DNA of 63,073 nucleotides from Dehalococcoidia bacterium (GTDB lineage: Bacteria; Chloroflexota; Dehalococcoidia; DSTF01; RBG-16-68-14), in contig JBBEBM010000070.1 in assembly GCA_040882355.1 (NCBI GenBank), forward strand, positions 1-63,073. Direction: 5' to 3'. Position numbers and translations under genes: made by a program. Every line of letters starts with the position of its first letter. Position 1 is the first letter of the stretch. A model generated the notes under the pieces. That model was given only the letters and a program-made list of their open reading frames with translations. It did no database searches and had not been told where the DNA came from. Of the stretch, positions 20,043 through 28,707 are shown in pieces.

Positions 20043-20324
20043 GGGCGCCCTTCGCGTCTCGATTCGGCGAGGCGTCCCAGCCCGCGCGTTTCGTGTCATT
20101 ACGTTTTGCAAAATCACCTTTTCGCGCGGATCACGGCGGTCCGTCCCTCCCACGCCGAATCTGAGCGCGCGGCCCTCACCGGGCCACTCCCACGCCTGCT
20201 TATCGAGCACGAGGGTAAGGCCGCGCGGCGAGAGCGCCAAGGCGCGGGTGGCGCATTCTAGATGTCGGATCTGGGAAGCGAGAGGTGGGAGTACTGCCGT
20301 TTGCTGGGGCCGACGCCTCGTCTC

Positions 20325-20544
20325 CTGGAAGCTGCGGGATTCATCCCGCAGGCGCCTTCCCACAATCGCGGTCGGAGGCATAGCTAAGGGTGTCTGAGGG
20401 TTGAAAACCCTCAGCTTCCAGGGGGCGCCGCTGTTATCACGCCAGTCAGGGTGTTGTGCGACACCGCCGGCTGAAGTAGGCAGCATGCGGGGCTCATGCG
20501 CAGACAACGCGGCGTTCGTAGAAGCTGCGGCATTCATGCCGCAG
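20325..20544. repeat. REP/REPIN-like cluster (GAAGCTG-hairpin family)
   Basis: GGAAGCTGCGGGATTCATCCCGCAG (20327-20351), inverted CTGAGGGTTGAAAACCCTCAGCTTCC (20394-20419), GTAGAAGCTGCGGCATTCATGCCGCAG (20518-20544). Confidence 0.7.
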
Positions 20545-20550
20545 ACCCGT

Positions 20551-20958
20551 CTACTCGTCCGGCAGGCTGTCCGTCACGATGAACTCGTCTCCTTCCTGCT
20601 CGATGATGAACCGCCGGTCTGTGTCGTTCCACTCACCGCACGTCGCCGGCCGATCGTAGATCTCACGGCCATCCTGCTTCACCGTTACCATCACTTGGAT
20701 GCGCCGGTTGTTCCGGTTGTCGCAGTCCGTGCCCCACTTCGTCTCATCTCGCGGGCCTAGCTCCTGATTGCATTCTGCGAGTTCCGCGTCTCCCCGTGAC
20801 AGGTAGTAGCAGAGAGCCGCGTCAGTCCGGTTCTCGAAGGTGAACAGAATGCTCGCGGGGCCGCAACCCGCCAGAACAACGGCCACCGGCGCCAGCACGA
20901 CAAGAAGCCGGGCCCATCTCGCTACAGGTCCACGAGTCTGGTCGTCGCACCCAGCCAT
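20551..20958 (-). CDS. Hypothetical lipoprotein
   Basis: Hydrophobic stretch with LAGC lipobox; Cys-rich small mature domain. Confidence 0.65.
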   Translation of the reverse strand: MAGCDDQTRGPVARWARLLVVLAPVAVVLAGCGPASILFTFENRTDAALCYYLSRGDAELAECNQELGPRDETKWGTDCDNRNNRRIQVMVTVKQDGREIYDRPATCGEWNDTDRRFIIEQEGDEFIVTDSLPDE

Positions 20959-21095
20959 CTCGTATCAGTATCGGCCACTCTGGTACGCCTCCACCAGCGG
21001 CAAGCGCCCAGCGACCCACCCACCACCGTGCCATCCGCCCCTTCGCGCTCTCCCGCCGCGCCGCTATCCTAACCTCGACAAGCCGGCGCGCAATG

Positions 21096-21139
21096 TCCTG
21101 AGCACCGTCCTGAGCCTGTCGAAGGGCTTGTCGAAGGGC
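21096..21139. repeat. Nested GTCCTGAGCYTGTCGAAGG palindromic repeat
   Basis: GTCCTGAGC-ACC-GTCCTGAGCCTGTCGAAGGGC-TTGTCGAAGGG: one copy inserted inside another. Confidence 0.6.
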
Positions 21140-21339
21140 CATGACCCCTTCAGGAGGCCGTACCAGCAACCGCCAACAAGCGACCAGCAACCAGCGCCGA
21201 GGGAGGATCACCCAGTCTAATCCCAAAGAGATCACGTTCTTGCAAAACGAAACGCCACAAGACGCTCGGCTTGCTGGGCTGAGGGCACCCTCTCGCCTCC
21301 AGCCTCCAGCGTCCAGCCTCAGGCCCCCGCCTGCCCGCC

Positions 21340-21474
21340 TTGTCCCTTCTTCCAGCCACGCGGTACAATCCGCCCGTAGCGGGCCGGCCCGCCGCCGTGG
21401 ACTCCCGCTTGATGCGACCGTGACCGGACGGAACGGTCGTATTGTTCACTTCAGCGCGCAGGAGTCACCGGCCT
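21340..21474 (+). promoter_or_regulatory. Promoter and structured 5' leader of fusA2
   Basis: TTGTCC-18bp-TACAAT; hairpin 21413-21441; GACTCC (21400-21405) complementary to SD region GGAGTC (21461-21466). Confidence 0.5.
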
Positions 21475-23541
21475 ATGAAGGAGTACCAGACCGAGCAGAT
21501 CCGCAACGTCGTCTTGCTGGGCCACGGCAGTACCGGCAAGACCACCCTCTCGGAAGTGGCGCTCTTCGACTCGGGTGCCCTCACCCGCCTCGGCAGGATC
21601 GACGACGGCAACACCACGTCCGACTACGACCCGGACGAGATCAAGCGCCAGATCAGCATCAGCCTCTCGGTGCTGCCGCTCGAGTGGCGGGGCTGCAAGG
21701 TGAACCTGATCGACACGCCCGGCTACGCCGACTTCCTCGGCGAAGTGAAGGAGGGCATCCGCGCCGCCGACGCCGCCCTGCTTATCGTCGACGCCGTCTC
21801 CGGCGTCGAGGTGGGCACTGACCTCGCCTGGAACTACGCGGACGAGGTCCACCTGCCGTGCCTCATCTTCATCAACCGCATCGACCGCGAGAACGCCGAC
21901 TTCGCCGCGGCCGTGAGCCAGGTGCAGGAGCGCTTCGGCAAGCACTGCGTGCCGCTGCAGCTCCCCATCGGCGCCCAGGACTCGTTCCAGGGTGTCGTCG
22001 ACCTGCTCGAACAGCAGGCGTTCCTGGGCGAGAAGTCGGAGCCGGGCGCGGCGCCCGAGTCGCTCGCTGGCGACGTCGCCTCCGCGCGCGAGCAGCTCAT
22101 CGAGGCCGTCGCTGAGACGAACGACGAGCTGCTCAACAAGTACCTCGAAGGCACGGAGCTGACTGCCGACGAGCTGCGCGGCGCCCTGCGCGCCGGCGTC
22201 GCGTCGGGCGACATCGTGCCGATCATGGTCGGCTCGGCCGGCAAGAACATCGCGATACCGCGCCTGCTCGACGCGATCGCCTCGTACGCGCCCGCGCCTG
22301 CCGACCTGGCCGAGACCATCGCCCACGATGAGGGCGGCGCCAGCGTAACGCTAACGGCGGATCCGGTCGGCCCGCTGGCCGTCCTTGCCTTCAAGACGAG
22401 CGCTGACCCGTACGTCGGCAAGCTCACGTACCTGCGCGTCGTCTCCGGCACCATGACCGCCGACAGCCACCCTTGGAACGCCAACAAGAAGGCGCAGGAG
22501 CGCGTCGGGCAGCTCTTCCACCTGCGCGGCAAAACGCAGGAGCAGACGCCGAAGCTCGTCGCGGGCGACATCGGCGCCGTCGCGAAGCTCGCCGAGACCG
22601 CGACCGGCGACACACTCTGCGCCCGCGAGCACCCGCTCATCCTCCATCCGGTCGACTTCCCGACGCCGTCCTACACACTCGCCGTCTACCCCAAGACGAA
22701 GGCCGACCTCGACAAGCTCGGTACGTCGCTCCAGCGCATCGCGGAGGAGGACCCGAGCCTGCTCGTGCGCCGCGAGACGGCGACGAACGAGACGGTCATC
22801 TCCGGCCTCGGCGAGTCGCACATCGAGGTCGCCGCCGAGCGAATGAAACGCAAGTTCGGGGTCGAGGTCGAGCTCGTCACGCCCAAGGTGCCCTATCGCG
22901 AGACGGTAACTGGCAGCCGCCAGTCAGAGTTCATCCACAAGAAGCAGACGGGCGGCCACGGCCAGTACGCGCGCGTCGCCATCAACATCGAGCCGCAGCC
23001 CCGCGGCACCGGCTACGAGTTCGTCGACAAGATCGTCGGCGGTGCCGTGCCCAAGACCTACATCCCGGCGGTCGAGAAGGGCGTGAACGAGGCGATGCAC
23101 GAGGGCGTGCTCGCCCACTACCCGATGGTGGACATGAAGGTGACGCTCTACGACGGCAAGGAGCACCCGGTCGACTCATCCGAGCTGGCCTTCAAGCTCG
23201 CCGGCTCGCAGGCGCTCAAGAAGGGCGCCCTGGAGGCGAACCCGGTGCTGCTGGAGCCGATCGTCACCCTGCGCATCACGGTGCCCGAGGCGAACACGGG
23301 CGAGGTGCTGAACGACCTGAACGGCAAGCGCGGCAAGGTGCTGGGCATGAACCCGACGGGCGCCCTCACAGTCATCGACGCGCAGGCGCCGCTCGCCGAG
23401 GTGCAGCGCTACGCGACCGACCTGCGCTCGATCACGCAGGGGCGGGGTCACTACAGCATGGAGCTGGGCCACTACGAAGAGGTGCCGCCGCACGTCGCGC
23501 AGAAGGTAATCCAGGACGCGGAGAAGGCCACCGCGTCGTAA
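21475..23541 (+). CDS. fusA: Elongation factor G paralog (EF-G2 type)
   Basis: GHGSTGKTT, DTPGYADF, KKQTGGHGQY, HPVDSSE; not next to rpsL/rpsG; SD GGAG before ATG 21475. Confidence 0.93.
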   Translation: MKEYQTEQIRNVVLLGHGSTGKTTLSEVALFDSGALTRLGRIDDGNTTSDYDPDEIKRQISISLSVLPLEWRGCKVNLIDTPGYADFLGEVKEGIRAADAALLIVDAVSGVEVGTDLAWNYADEVHLPCLIFINRIDRENADFAAAVSQVQERFGKHCVPLQLPIGAQDSFQGVVDLLEQQAFLGEKSEPGAAPESLAGDVASAREQLIEAVAETNDELLNKYLEGTELTADELRGALRAGVASGDIVPIMVGSAGKNIAIPRLLDAIASYAPAPADLAETIAHDEGGASVTLTADPVGPLAVLAFKTSADPYVGKLTYLRVVSGTMTADSHPWNANKKAQERVGQLFHLRGKTQEQTPKLVAGDIGAVAKLAETATGDTLCAREHPLILHPVDFPTPSYTLAVYPKTKADLDKLGTSLQRIAEEDPSLLVRRETATNETVISGLGESHIEVAAERMKRKFGVEVELVTPKVPYRETVTGSRQSEFIHKKQTGGHGQYARVAINIEPQPRGTGYEFVDKIVGGAVPKTYIPAVEKGVNEAMHEGVLAHYPMVDMKVTLYDGKEHPVDSSELAFKLAGSQALKKGALEANPVLLEPIVTLRITVPEANTGEVLNDLNGKRGKVLGMNPTGALTVIDAQAPLAEVQRYATDLRSITQGRGHYSMELGHYEEVPPHVAQKVIQDAEKATAS

Positions 23542-23563
23542 TAGCCCCGAACGCGAACGTTAC

Positions 23564-23591
23564 GTAGGGGCGTTCAACTGAACGCCCCTAC
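23564..23591 (+). repeat. GTAG-type REP palindrome between convergent genes
   Basis: GTAGGGGCGTTCAACTGAACGCCCCTAC. Confidence 0.75.
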
Positions 23592-23616
23592 GGGCCTTGC
23601 AACATGGCGGCGTGGT

Positions 23617-23919
23617 CTACGCCTCGAGCATACCGAGGTCCGCCACCTTCCACGCCCCGTCGATCTCCTTCCAACGCGTCATCACCTTCGCCGACTGGTC
23701 GGACCCGACGAGCGTCAGGTGGTAGATGAACTCGTCGCCCTCCTGGCCCTGCTCGGCGATCTCGTAGCTCTGCAGACCGCCGCCCGGCTGCGGGCCCTGC
23801 CCCTGCAGCGCCATCGCCTTGCCCAGCGCCTCGGGCGTCATCGAGCCCATCAGCGTGCCGATGTCCATCGCCATCATCGCCTTGCAGTAGCCCTCCACTG
23901 CCTCTTGCACCGAAGCCAT
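23617..23919 (-). CDS. Small NTF2/SnoaL-like hypothetical protein
   Basis: Strong SD AGGAGG; helix-helix-strands pattern ending GAWKV; paralog of 56216-56518. Confidence 0.75.
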   Translation of the reverse strand: MASVQEAVEGYCKAMMAMDIGTLMGSMTPEALGKAMALQGQGPQPGGGLQSYEIAEQGQEGDEFIYHLTLVGSDQSAKVMTRWKEIDGAWKVADLGMLEA

Positions 23920-24007
23920 CGTCTCCTCCTTCGAACAGGTCCGCTATGTCAAGCGCCCACAAGTCTACGATAGCACCTGCCGGTGTGCAAGGCAGCCCGA
24001 TAGCACG

Positions 24008-24033
24008 AAAAACGGGCGCCGCTGCGCGCCCGT
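24008..24033 (-). terminator. Rho-independent terminator
   Basis: Minus strand ACGGGCGC-loop-GCGCCCG followed by TTTTT, downstream of the 24059-24547 gene. Confidence 0.7.
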
Positions 24034-24058
24034 CAGGACAGTGATGGCTGGTCTAGGC

Positions 24059-24547
24059 CTACGCGCCTTCGTCCTCGTCGTCGTCCGCGCCGGAGGCCGC
24101 TTCCTCGTGGGCGCCGTCAGCGTCCCAGAGCGTCTCGTAGTTCTCGCCGGTGATCGCGCGCGCGAACTCCTCGCGCTCCATCACCCGCAGCTCGTTCAGG
24201 CATGCCTCGCATTGCCGCACGATCTCCGGCGAGCCGAGATCGAGGTAGCGGCGCACGATGTGGTCCCAGACTTCGAGCCGGACGAGGCTCGATACGTACT
24301 TGGGCCAGGGGATGATGGTGATGCTGTCGGGCTTGGCGAAGCGAGGTCGGAGGCGGACGAGCTCTCGGAAGCGTTCTTCCGGCGACGATGCCATCGGTAC
24401 GACTTTGATCATCGGGCCGTCCACGTGATTGGTGCGCGCGTCCAAGAGAAGGGTCTTGCGTAGGAGCGGGAAGTAGAGCGCCACCACTTCCGCGAAGTCG
24501 ATGCTTCGTTGTACTTCGCTTATGTCGATCCGGAACTCAGAGTCCAT
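24059..24547 (-). CDS. Hypothetical protein
   Basis: SD GGAGG before ATG 24547; typical codon usage; followed by a terminator. Confidence 0.8.
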   Translation of the reverse strand: MDSEFRIDISEVQRSIDFAEVVALYFPLLRKTLLLDARTNHVDGPMIKVVPMASSPEERFRELVRLRPRFAKPDSITIIPWPKYVSSLVRLEVWDHIVRRYLDLGSPEIVRQCEACLNELRVMEREEFARAITGENYETLWDADGAHEEAASGADDDEDEGA

Positions 24548-24674
24548 GGGCGACCTCCCCCGTCTCCGTACGTTGCTCGCTGCTACAGCGTAACACGATC
24601 CCTCGCGGAAAAGCGAGCAACCGAATCGCATCTGCATACGCGATTACCTCAGCGTCGATGGGGGCAAACGGAAG

Positions 24675-24923
24675 GTAGGGACGGAGCTGTAGCCCTGTCC
24701 GCGACAGCGCACATTCGGGGACATCTCGATTGCGTCCCGGGCACAGCAAGGCTGCGGGAGGCCTAAAGGCCTCCCCTACGCGAACGACGCCGGTGTGCAT
24801 GTGCGAGGTGTAGCCAATGTAGGGACAGAGCTTTAGCTCTGTCCGCAACAACGCACCAGCGCGGACCCAGCGATGCGCCCGCAGGTATTAGCGCGCTGCG
24901 GGAGGCCTGAAGGCCTCCCCTAC
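24675..24923. repeat. BIME-like array of alternating GTAG REPs, 144-bp period
   Basis: GTAGGGACRGAGCT.TAGCYCTGTCCG at 24675 and 24819 (+); GTAGGGGAGGCCTT.AGGCCTCCCGC ending 24779 and 24923 (-). Confidence 0.85.
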
Positions 24924-26179
24924 GGCGTTGTCTCCGCATCCGCGTCCACGATGCGGAGGAAACGGTGCTTGCCGACGCGGATCATGGTGCCGTTGCGCAC
25001 GACAAGGCTGTACGCATCATCCGCCGTGACCTTCACGCCATCGACCTCGACGCCACCTTGCCGGATCAGCCGGCGCGCTTCCGCCTTGCTTGGCACGAGC
25101 CCATGTTCCGGCAGAAGTTGGGATAGATCGACTACCAGCTGACCATCGGTCGCGTCCGAGGATCTCTTGACACGGGCATCGGTCGCTTCCGTCGGTGGTT
25201 CATGACGCTGGTACGCTCGCTCGAACTCTGTCTCCGCTTCTTGGGCTGCGGCGTCGCCGTGGAACTGGGAGACGATGTCGCGGGCGAGGCGCTTCTTGAC
25301 CACCATCGGGTTCACTGCGCGCTCCTCTAGCTGCTTGCGGATGAACGCGAGTTCCTCGTCCGGGATGTCCGTCGTCAGCTCGAGGTAGTCGAGCAGGGCG
25401 CTGTCGGGGATCGACATCATCTTGCCGTACTGCTCGTGCGGCGGGTCCTCCAGGTCGATCGTGTTGCCCAGGCTCTTGCTCATCTTCTGGGCGCCGTCCG
25501 TGCCGACGAGCAGGTGCATGATGAAGCAAACTTGCGGACGCTGGCCCAGCTCCTCCTGCAGCTCGCGCCCCACGAGCAGGTTGAAGCGCTGGTCGGAGCC
25601 GCCGAACTCGACATCCGCTTCGATGACGACCGAGTCGTGGGCCTGGAGCAGCGGGTAGAGCAGCTCGTGGATGCCGAGAGGCTTGTGCGCCTCGAAGCGC
25701 TGGCGGAAGTCGTCGCGCTGGAGCATCTGCGCGACGGTGAAGCGCCCGGCCAAGCGCACGACGTCCTCCAGCGTGAAGTCGCCGAACCACTCGCTCTGCC
25801 AGCGCACCTCCGTCTTCTCGCGGTCGACGACGTGGAAGAACTGGCGCATGTAGGTCTCGGCGTTCGCCTTCACCTCGTCCGCGGTGAGCATCGGGCGCGT
25901 GATCGATTGGCCGCTCGGGTCGCCGATCTGCGCCGTCCAGTCGCCGACGATCAGGACGACCTGGTGGCCCAGCTCCTGCAGCCGACGCAGCTTGCGCAGC
26001 AGCACTGCGTGACCGATGTGCAGGTCCGGCTTGCTCGGGTCGAGGCCGAGCTTCAGACGCAGCTTACGTCCCGACGCGAGCGCGTCGACAAACTCCTGCT
26101 GCGGGATGATCTCGATCACGCCGCGCCGGAGGATGTTGTCGAGGTCGGGTGGCAGGCGCTTCGCTTTCGCCGGGCTCAC
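24920..26179 (-). CDS. tyrS: Tyrosine--tRNA ligase
   Basis: GLDPS..DLHIGH, IGDPSG, GGSDQRFN, KMSKS, C-terminal S4 domain. Confidence 0.96.
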   Translation of the reverse strand: MSPAKAKRLPPDLDNILRRGVIEIIPQQEFVDALASGRKLRLKLGLDPSKPDLHIGHAVLLRKLRRLQELGHQVVLIVGDWTAQIGDPSGQSITRPMLTADEVKANAETYMRQFFHVVDREKTEVRWQSEWFGDFTLEDVVRLAGRFTVAQMLQRDDFRQRFEAHKPLGIHELLYPLLQAHDSVVIEADVEFGGSDQRFNLLVGRELQEELGQRPQVCFIMHLLVGTDGAQKMSKSLGNTIDLEDPPHEQYGKMMSIPDSALLDYLELTTDIPDEELAFIRKQLEERAVNPMVVKKRLARDIVSQFHGDAAAQEAETEFERAYQRHEPPTEATDARVKRSSDATDGQLVVDLSQLLPEHGLVPSKAEARRLIRQGGVEVDGVKVTADDAYSLVVRNGTMIRVGKHRFLRIVDADAETTP

Positions 26180-27114
26180 GACGCCTCCTCCTGAACGTAG
26201 GCCCGCGTCGCTCCCACGTCGCGCCCGATCTGCGCAACCAGCTCGTCGACGCCGGCGAACTTCTGCTCCGGGCGCAGCCGGTGGAGCAGCTCGATTCGCA
26301 GCTCGCGCTCGTAGCAGTCGCCCTCAAAGTCGAGGAGATGGACCTCGATCGTCGGACGGCTCTCGTTGAACGTGGGGCGTTGGCCGATATTCGTGACCGA
26401 TTCGTAGGCCGTCTCGCCGAGGTAGGCGCGCGTGACGTAGACACCGAAGGCCGGCAGCGCCAGGTCCGGCCCGACGGCGATGTTCGCCGTTGGGAAGCCG
26501 ATAGTCGCGCCGCGTTCCGCGCCGCGAACCACTGGTCCGCGCAGCGCGAACGGCCGGCCTAAGAGCTGCGTCACCGACTCCATGTCACCCTGGGCGAGCG
26601 CCTCGCGCACCGCGCCGGAGCCCACCTTCGCGGTGTCCTCGCTGAGCAACGGGATGGTCTCGACGCGGAGGCCGATCTCCTCACCCAGCGCTCGTAGCGC
26701 CTTGACGTTGCCCTCGCGGTCGCGCCCGAGCGCGAAGTCGGGCCCGATCAGCAGCAGGCGCAGGTCGAGGTGCTCGACCAGGAGCGCGACGAAATCGCGG
26801 TACGAGAGCTGCGCCAGCTCCGACGTGAAGGAAAGCACCCCGACGCTGTCGACGCCCAGCGCGCGCAGTAGCGTGACGCGCTCCTCGAGCGAGCAGAGGT
26901 AGGTGATGAGCGTCCCGGGCCGCAGCACCGCGATCGGGTGCGGGTGCAAAGTGACGACGACGCTGGCCAGCCCTTCGGCTCGGGCCCGCTCTAGCAGGTG
27001 CCCGACCAGATACTGGTGGCCGCGGTGCACGCCGTCGAACTTGCCGATCGTCAGCGCGCTCGGCCGGCCCGGCGCGATCCGCGAGAGCTCCTCGCGGGCG
27101 AGCTGCGTGGTCAC
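26176..27114 (-). CDS. ribF: Bifunctional riboflavin kinase/FAD synthetase
   Basis: GKFDGVHRGH, GFPTAN, NIGQRPTF, EVHLLDF motifs. Confidence 0.95.
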   Translation of the reverse strand: MTTQLAREELSRIAPGRPSALTIGKFDGVHRGHQYLVGHLLERARAEGLASVVVTLHPHPIAVLRPGTLITYLCSLEERVTLLRALGVDSVGVLSFTSELAQLSYRDFVALLVEHLDLRLLLIGPDFALGRDREGNVKALRALGEEIGLRVETIPLLSEDTAKVGSGAVREALAQGDMESVTQLLGRPFALRGPVVRGAERGATIGFPTANIAVGPDLALPAFGVYVTRAYLGETAYESVTNIGQRPTFNESRPTIEVHLLDFEGDCYERELRIELLHRLRPEQKFAGVDELVAQIGRDVGATRAYVQEEAS

Positions 27115-28115
27115 GCCGGCGCGCCCTGCGCCGCCTCCAGCGCGGCGCGCAGGTTCGCCGAGGGCGTCTGCGGCGAGATCGAGCAGCCAGGCGCGAGCAG
27201 GAAGCCGCGCCCGCCGGTCTGCTCGAGAGCGTCAACCACCTGGGCGCGCACGTCGCCCGGAGAACCCAGGATCAGCCCGTGCCGCTCGTCGACGCCGCCC
27301 ATCACCGCTTTGTCCGTTTTGGCCTGAATGTCCGCCAGTGATGCGTTCCCGGGCGCATGTATGGCCCAGCTCACGGCCGCGGCCGGGTAGTCCAGCAACC
27401 GGTCGAGCATGTTGTTCGGGCGGCAGACGTGGAGGATGTTGAACGGCGCCCCTTGCACCGCCTCCAGCACACGAAGGTCGTACGGCTTGCCGAACACCTC
27501 GTACTGGTCCCAGGTCAGCACGTCGAACGTCGCCCACTCGGTTGTAGCAAAGAATATCCCATCCGTACCGGCATCGAGGCAGGCGCGCGAGTAGGCAGCG
27601 AGCGTCTCCGTGACGGCGTCGAGCACACCGTGGAGCGCGTCCGGCGTTTCGGTCATCCAGCTCCGCACCGGCTCCTGGCCGTTCGCCAGCCGGCCCACGA
27701 CCGAAAGCGGCGAGAACACGGTCTGGACGAAGGGCACTTCGCCGCCGAGGCCCTCGCCGATCAGGCGCAGCGCGTCGAGCTGCTCCGCGAAGGGCCCGCT
27801 CGTGCCAGCGACCGGCTTCACCTTCTCCAGGTCAGACGCAGCGTGCAGCAGCCACGTCTCGACCTGCGGGTGAATGGTCGGGTCGCGCGGCGGGCGGTAG
27901 CTGCAGCCCCACGCCTCGGAGTAGTACGTGGCGCGGGGGTTCACCTTCAGGTAGTCGTAGTCGAAGGTGCGGACCGACTCCAGCATCGCCGCCGCCAGGC
28001 CCTCCGCCGACCACTCCCGGATGAAATCGTGGCCCCAGAAGCTCACCGGCACCCGGTCGACATCGGCTCCGCGCAGGGTGGACAGGACGCGTTCGCGCTT
28101 GGTCATGACGGACAT
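27111..28115 (-). CDS. Uroporphyrinogen decarboxylase (UroD/MtaA) family protein
   Basis: DRVPVSFWGH, QTVFSP, ILHVC, LAPGC motifs; substrate unknown. Confidence 0.8.
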   Translation of the reverse strand: MSVMTKRERVLSTLRGADVDRVPVSFWGHDFIREWSAEGLAAAMLESVRTFDYDYLKVNPRATYYSEAWGCSYRPPRDPTIHPQVETWLLHAASDLEKVKPVAGTSGPFAEQLDALRLIGEGLGGEVPFVQTVFSPLSVVGRLANGQEPVRSWMTETPDALHGVLDAVTETLAAYSRACLDAGTDGIFFATTEWATFDVLTWDQYEVFGKPYDLRVLEAVQGAPFNILHVCRPNNMLDRLLDYPAAAVSWAIHAPGNASLADIQAKTDKAVMGGVDERHGLILGSPGDVRAQVVDALEQTGGRGFLLAPGCSISPQTPSANLRAALEAAQGAPA

Positions 28116-28214
28116 GTTTCGTCACTCACCCCGTTTAGAAAGTGAGAGAGGGGGCCCAACCCCCTCCCAGCGAGTAGACCTATGTACCTGTCCGGGATGC
28201 TAGCACGGGGTCGG

Positions 28215-28634
28215 ATGCGCGTCAAGGCGAGGTGGTTCGCCTCGGCGGGGCGCGCCCTGCGCTGGCTTGCCGCATCAGCCTGGGCAGGCGGCATCTTCTA
28301 CCTCTCGCAGCAGTCGGCGCCGCTCGGAGCAACGCCCAGCGCCCCCGAGTCCAACCTGGCGCATCTCGCGCTCTATGCGGGACTTTCGCTCTTGCTGTTT
28401 TGGGCGCTCAGCGCTCCGAACGGGGCGCCACAAGCTCCCGTCTGGGCGCGGGCCGCCGTCGCATTCGCGCTGACGGTGCTCTACGGCGTCAGCGACGAGC
28501 TTCACCAGGCGTTCGTGCCCGGCCGCGCGGCGACAGAGGCGGATATCGTCGTGGACGCGGCAGGGGCGGCGCTTGGGCTGAGCCTGCCGCTGATGGCGAG
28601 CCTGCTCCACCGACCAACCCGGTCCCACCCGTAG
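28215..28634 (+). CDS. VanZ family membrane protein
   Basis: W..IFYLSQQ, HLALY, YGVSDELHQAFVPGR. Confidence 0.88.
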   Translation: MRVKARWFASAGRALRWLAASAWAGGIFYLSQQSAPLGATPSAPESNLAHLALYAGLSLLLFWALSAPNGAPQAPVWARAAVAFALTVLYGVSDELHQAFVPGRAATEADIVVDAAGAALGLSLPLMASLLHRPTRSHP

Positions 28635-28645
28635 CGTCCCTCCCT

Positions 28646-28672
28646 TAAGGGTTGTCCCGCACCTGCCGAATC
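28646..28672 (+). promoter_or_regulatory. Putative sigma28 (FliA/WhiG-type) promoter
   Basis: TAAG-15bp-GCCGAATC, 36 nt upstream of the diguanylate cyclase. Confidence 0.5.
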
Positions 28673-28707
28673 TAACAGTAGAGAATCGTATTGCGCGAGA
28701 GGAACGT

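Noticed and set aside
19762..20397. VITFC peptide as a RAYT transposase remnant near REPs
   Set aside because: No HUH or other RAYT motif follows
21141..21441. ORFs across the repeat-rich region upstream of fusA2
   Set aside because: Low-complexity translations of heptamer and palindromic repeats with atypical composition
24675..24923. Regularly spaced palindromes as a CRISPR array
   Set aside because: Two repeat types in alternating orientation, only two periods and no cas genes; fits REP/BIME
28116..28215. Hairpins upstream of the UroD-family gene as a cobalamin/SAM riboswitch
   Set aside because: Too short and lacks conserved riboswitch core motifs
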